A stretch of 49,823 nt of DNA, from contig JBKPAK010000227.1 in the NCBI GenBank assembly GCA_046726415.1, positions 1-49,823 of the forward strand, given 5' to 3'. The notes below the pieces were generated by a model. It made no database searches, was not told where the DNA came from, and saw only the letters and a program-made list of their open reading frames with translations. This stretch comes from Candidatus Methylomirabilota bacterium (GTDB lineage Bacteria; Methylomirabilota; Methylomirabilia; Rokubacteriales; CSP1-6). Below are positions 47,331 through 49,823 of the stretch, one piece after another; the first letter of the stretch is position 1, and every line of letters starts with the position of its first letter. A program made the position numbers and the translations under genes.

Positions 47331-47484
47331 CGGCGTGAGCGCCTTACGCAGCAGGCCGGCTCCCTCCGATGAAGCCCCAACGACGAGAGGGACAAAACGC
47401 CGCCGCTCCTTGACGAGCTCCAGTCCGCCGAGCGTGAGAAAGACCAGCCCGCTCCCCGGGCGGATCGCGCCGTGAAAGAAGATC

Positions 47485-47513
47485 GAGAAAGAAGAGAGTG
47501 CCGCGAACGCGGC
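47485..47513 (-). terminator. Possible intrinsic terminator for the histidine kinase operon
   Basis: Minus strand reads GCCGCGTTCGCGGC (hairpin) followed by ACTCTCTTCTTTCTC. Confidence 0.4.
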
Positions 47514-47626
47514 CGCCGGCTTGACAAACCTCAAAAGAAACCCGAAAACGAGAAAAACCTCGATGGAACCGACGAGCGGGCGCGACTCGTATCGTGAGGA
47601 GAGTGTCCCCGAAGAGAGAATACCGC

Positions 47627-49750
47627 TCAGGGCGCAGCGCGGAGCACGGTGAGGAGGTCGGCAATCTCTCGCTCGGCCACGGCGTAGGCGGCTCTCGCCT
47701 CTTCGAGGTTGCCTTCCTGCGCGAGTGTCTCAAGACGCTCGGCGGCGTCGTAGGCCGTGCGCGCCGGCAGGTTCCCGACGGCGCCCTTCAGCGTGTGGGC
47801 GGCGCCGGTGACGCCGGCGGCGTCCGCGCGGTCGAGCGCGTCGCGCACGGCCGCGAGCAGCCCCGGTGCGTGCTGGGCAAAGAGCTGGGCGAGCCGGTCC
47901 CCGAGGGCTGGATCGGCCGGCGAGACCTCGGTGACGCTCGGCGGGGCGGCTGACCAGCTCGGCACGAGCCGCTCGATCGTTAGGAAGAGGGCGCGGGCAT
48001 CGAGCGGTTTGCTGACGAAGTCGTCCATCCCGGCGGCCAGGCAGCGTTCGCGATCGGCCGCCGTGCCGTGCGCGGTCAGGGCTATGATCGGTGTATGTGA
48101 TCCACTGATCTGCTCGCGCAGGCGGATCTCCCTGGTCGTCTGGAGGCCGTCCATGTCCGGCATCTGAACGTCCATCAGGACAAGATCGAAGGATCGGTCC
48201 ACGAGCGCGGCCAGCGCGGCCGGCCCGCTCCCGGCGGTGGTGACGGCGTGGCCCCAGGCCTCCAGCAGCCGAATTGCCACCTCCTGGTTCACGGGGTGGT
48301 CCTCGACGAGCAGGACGCGGCGGGCGCGCGCGCTCCGGAGCACCGATGGCTCCGCCGGCGGTGCCCAGTCGCCCGCGTCCGGGGAGCAGCGCCGGAACTG
48401 GGCGGTGAACGTGAACCGGCTGCCCTCTCCGGGGCTGCTCTCGACCGAGAGGTGCCCGTCCATGAGCCGCACGAGTTTGGCGGCGATCGCCAGGCCGAGA
48501 CCCGTTCCGCCGTACGTTCGGGTCGTGAAGTCGTCGGCCTGGGTGAACGGCTTGAAGATCATGTCCTGCTTGTCGGCGGCGATGCCGATGCCCGTATCGA
48601 CGACCGAGAACTCGAGCTCGAGAAGATCCTCGGTCGCCTCACGAAGCGCGACGTCCACGTGAACGCCTCCGTGCTCGGTGAACTTGACGGCATTGCCGAT
48701 GAGATTGACGAGGAGCTGCCTGAGCCGGGTCGGGTCGCCGACGAGGCGATCAGGGACGTCCGGCGCGACCGCCGACGTGAGCTCGAGCCCCTTGCGCTGC
48801 GCCTCGCTCGCCAGCGCGGCCACGCTCAGGGCGAGAGCGTCGCGGAGGCCAAACGCCGTGCGCTCGAGAACGAGCTGGCCCGCCTCGATCTTCGACAGAT
48901 CGAGCACGTCATTGATCGTTCCCATCAGCGCCGCCGCGGCGGCGTCCGTCGTGGCCAGGTAACGCCGCTGCTCCGGAGTGAGATCGGTGCCTCGCATCAG
49001 GTGCGCGGTGACAATGATGCCGTTCAGAGGGGTGCGCAGCTCGTGCGTGATGCGGGCGAGAAACTCGCTCTTCGCCCGGTTCGCCGCCTCGGCGCTCTTC
49101 TTGGCCTCTTCGAGCCGGGGAATGAGTGAGCGGGCCAGGCGGACGGCATCCGCTGTGTGCTGTCGCAACCCCACCCCTGTGAGGGACACCAGCGCAAGGT
49201 ACCCGTTGACGTAGTAGAGGATCGCGGTCTTGACAAGCGCGGCGGGCCACGCGATGTCCCGGCCCTCGACGCCCCACAGGTAGAGCAACATCGCCACGTA
49301 ACTGCCGACACAGGCATGCACGAAGGCGAGCACCTGCCGCCGCGAGAGCTGGAGCGGGATGTCGGCAGGTCGGACAGCCAGGAGGATAAACAGCCAGCTC
49401 CGGTCACCTCCGGTCACGTAGATCACGAAGGTCACGGCAAGGATGTCGATGAAGAGGAAGACGAGCGGCAGGTGCCGAGCTCCCGGGCGGCCGTACAACA
49501 CGGTCAGCATCACCCAGGCGGCGAGGGCGTAGCCCTCGAGAATTGCCGTCACGCGTGCCAGCTCGCTCCACGAGAACACGTCGAGGATGAACCGCTGGTG
49601 GAGCGCAACCAGGCCGAGCAAGAGCGCGAAGCCGGCCACGCGGACGCGCGGCACGACAACGGTGTCGATGTGCCGCGTCCGCAGCTCTTTCTGGTGTTCG
49701 GCCTCCTCCGGGTCGAGGTAGAGGGTGGGAGCAGGGCTGCTGCGGTTCAC
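47627..49750 (-). CDS. Membrane hybrid sensor histidine kinase (HisKA-HATPase-REC-Hpt)
   Basis: About 6 TM segments, [44 protein letters not shown] and AHTLKG. Confidence 0.95.
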   Translation of the reverse strand: MNRSSPAPTLYLDPEEAEHQKELRTRHIDTVVVPRVRVAGFALLLGLVALHQRFILDVFSWSELARVTAILEGYALAAWVMLTVLYGRPGARHLPLVFLFIDILAVTFVIYVTGGDRSWLFILLAVRPADIPLQLSRRQVLAFVHACVGSYVAMLLYLWGVEGRDIAWPAALVKTAILYYVNGYLALVSLTGVGLRQHTADAVRLARSLIPRLEEAKKSAEAANRAKSEFLARITHELRTPLNGIIVTAHLMRGTDLTPEQRRYLATTDAAAAALMGTINDVLDLSKIEAGQLVLERTAFGLRDALALSVAALASEAQRKGLELTSAVAPDVPDRLVGDPTRLRQLLVNLIGNAVKFTEHGGVHVDVALREATEDLLELEFSVVDTGIGIAADKQDMIFKPFTQADDFTTRTYGGTGLGLAIAAKLVRLMDGHLSVESSPGEGSRFTFTAQFRRCSPDAGDWAPPAEPSVLRSARARRVLLVEDHPVNQEVAIRLLEAWGHAVTTAGSGPAALAALVDRSFDLVLMDVQMPDMDGLQTTREIRLREQISGSHTPIIALTAHGTAADRERCLAAGMDDFVSKPLDARALFLTIERLVPSWSAAPPSVTEVSPADPALGDRLAQLFAQHAPGLLAAVRDALDRADAAGVTGAAHTLKGAVGNLPARTAYDAAERLETLAQEGNLEEARAAYAVAEREIADLLTVLRAAP

Positions 49751-49823
49751 CGCGGCGCCCCCGGCCTGGCCCGGAGGACATTCGCGAGGCGCCCGAGAAG
49801 GACCTCGCGGTCGATCGGCTTGG
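49747..49823 (-). CDS. C-terminus of a receiver-domain protein (partial)
   Basis: [16 protein letters not shown]...*, with a GTGA overlap onto the kinase start. Confidence 0.7.
   Translation of the reverse strand, partial: KPIDREVLLGRLANVLRARPGAPR

Overview
High-GC (roughly 68-70% by eye) bacterial chromosomal window. The gene content (sigma54-AAA/STAND/TPR fusion, ABC substrate-binding remnants, many GT2s) resembles Candidatus Rokubacteria/Methylomirabilota, which is inference only. From left to right: (i) exeA/exeB, two Pro-rich exported proteins, dUTPase and an unusual trypsin-TM-rhodanese-cNMP fusion (1-5.9 kb); (ii) a four-gene exported cluster (helical membrane protein, Cys-rich secreted AHL-lactonase-like MBL hydrolase, BNR propeller, Vgb-like propeller) converging on an RcnA/NicO-type metal transporter and a GspC-N-like protein (6.7-12.6 kb); (iii) a mosaic accessory region with many gene remnants around intact islands: SnoaL protein, ECF sigma/VOC/GNAT operon, solo LuxR-HTH, PhyH dioxygenase, a 41-aa basic peptide and a divergent 2OG-Fe(II) oxygenase (12.6-24 kb); (iv) an 18-kb cell-surface glycan locus in two convergent arms with seven GT2s, an FAD oxidoreductase, two methyltransferases, two GT-C-like membrane proteins and Wzm/Wzt (24.2-42.5 kb); (v) a sigma54-interaction/STAND/TPR regulator and a hybrid histidine kinase (43.2-49.8 kb). 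No rRNA, tRNA or CRISPR array was seen. All family calls come from motif recognition by eye, not from database searches.
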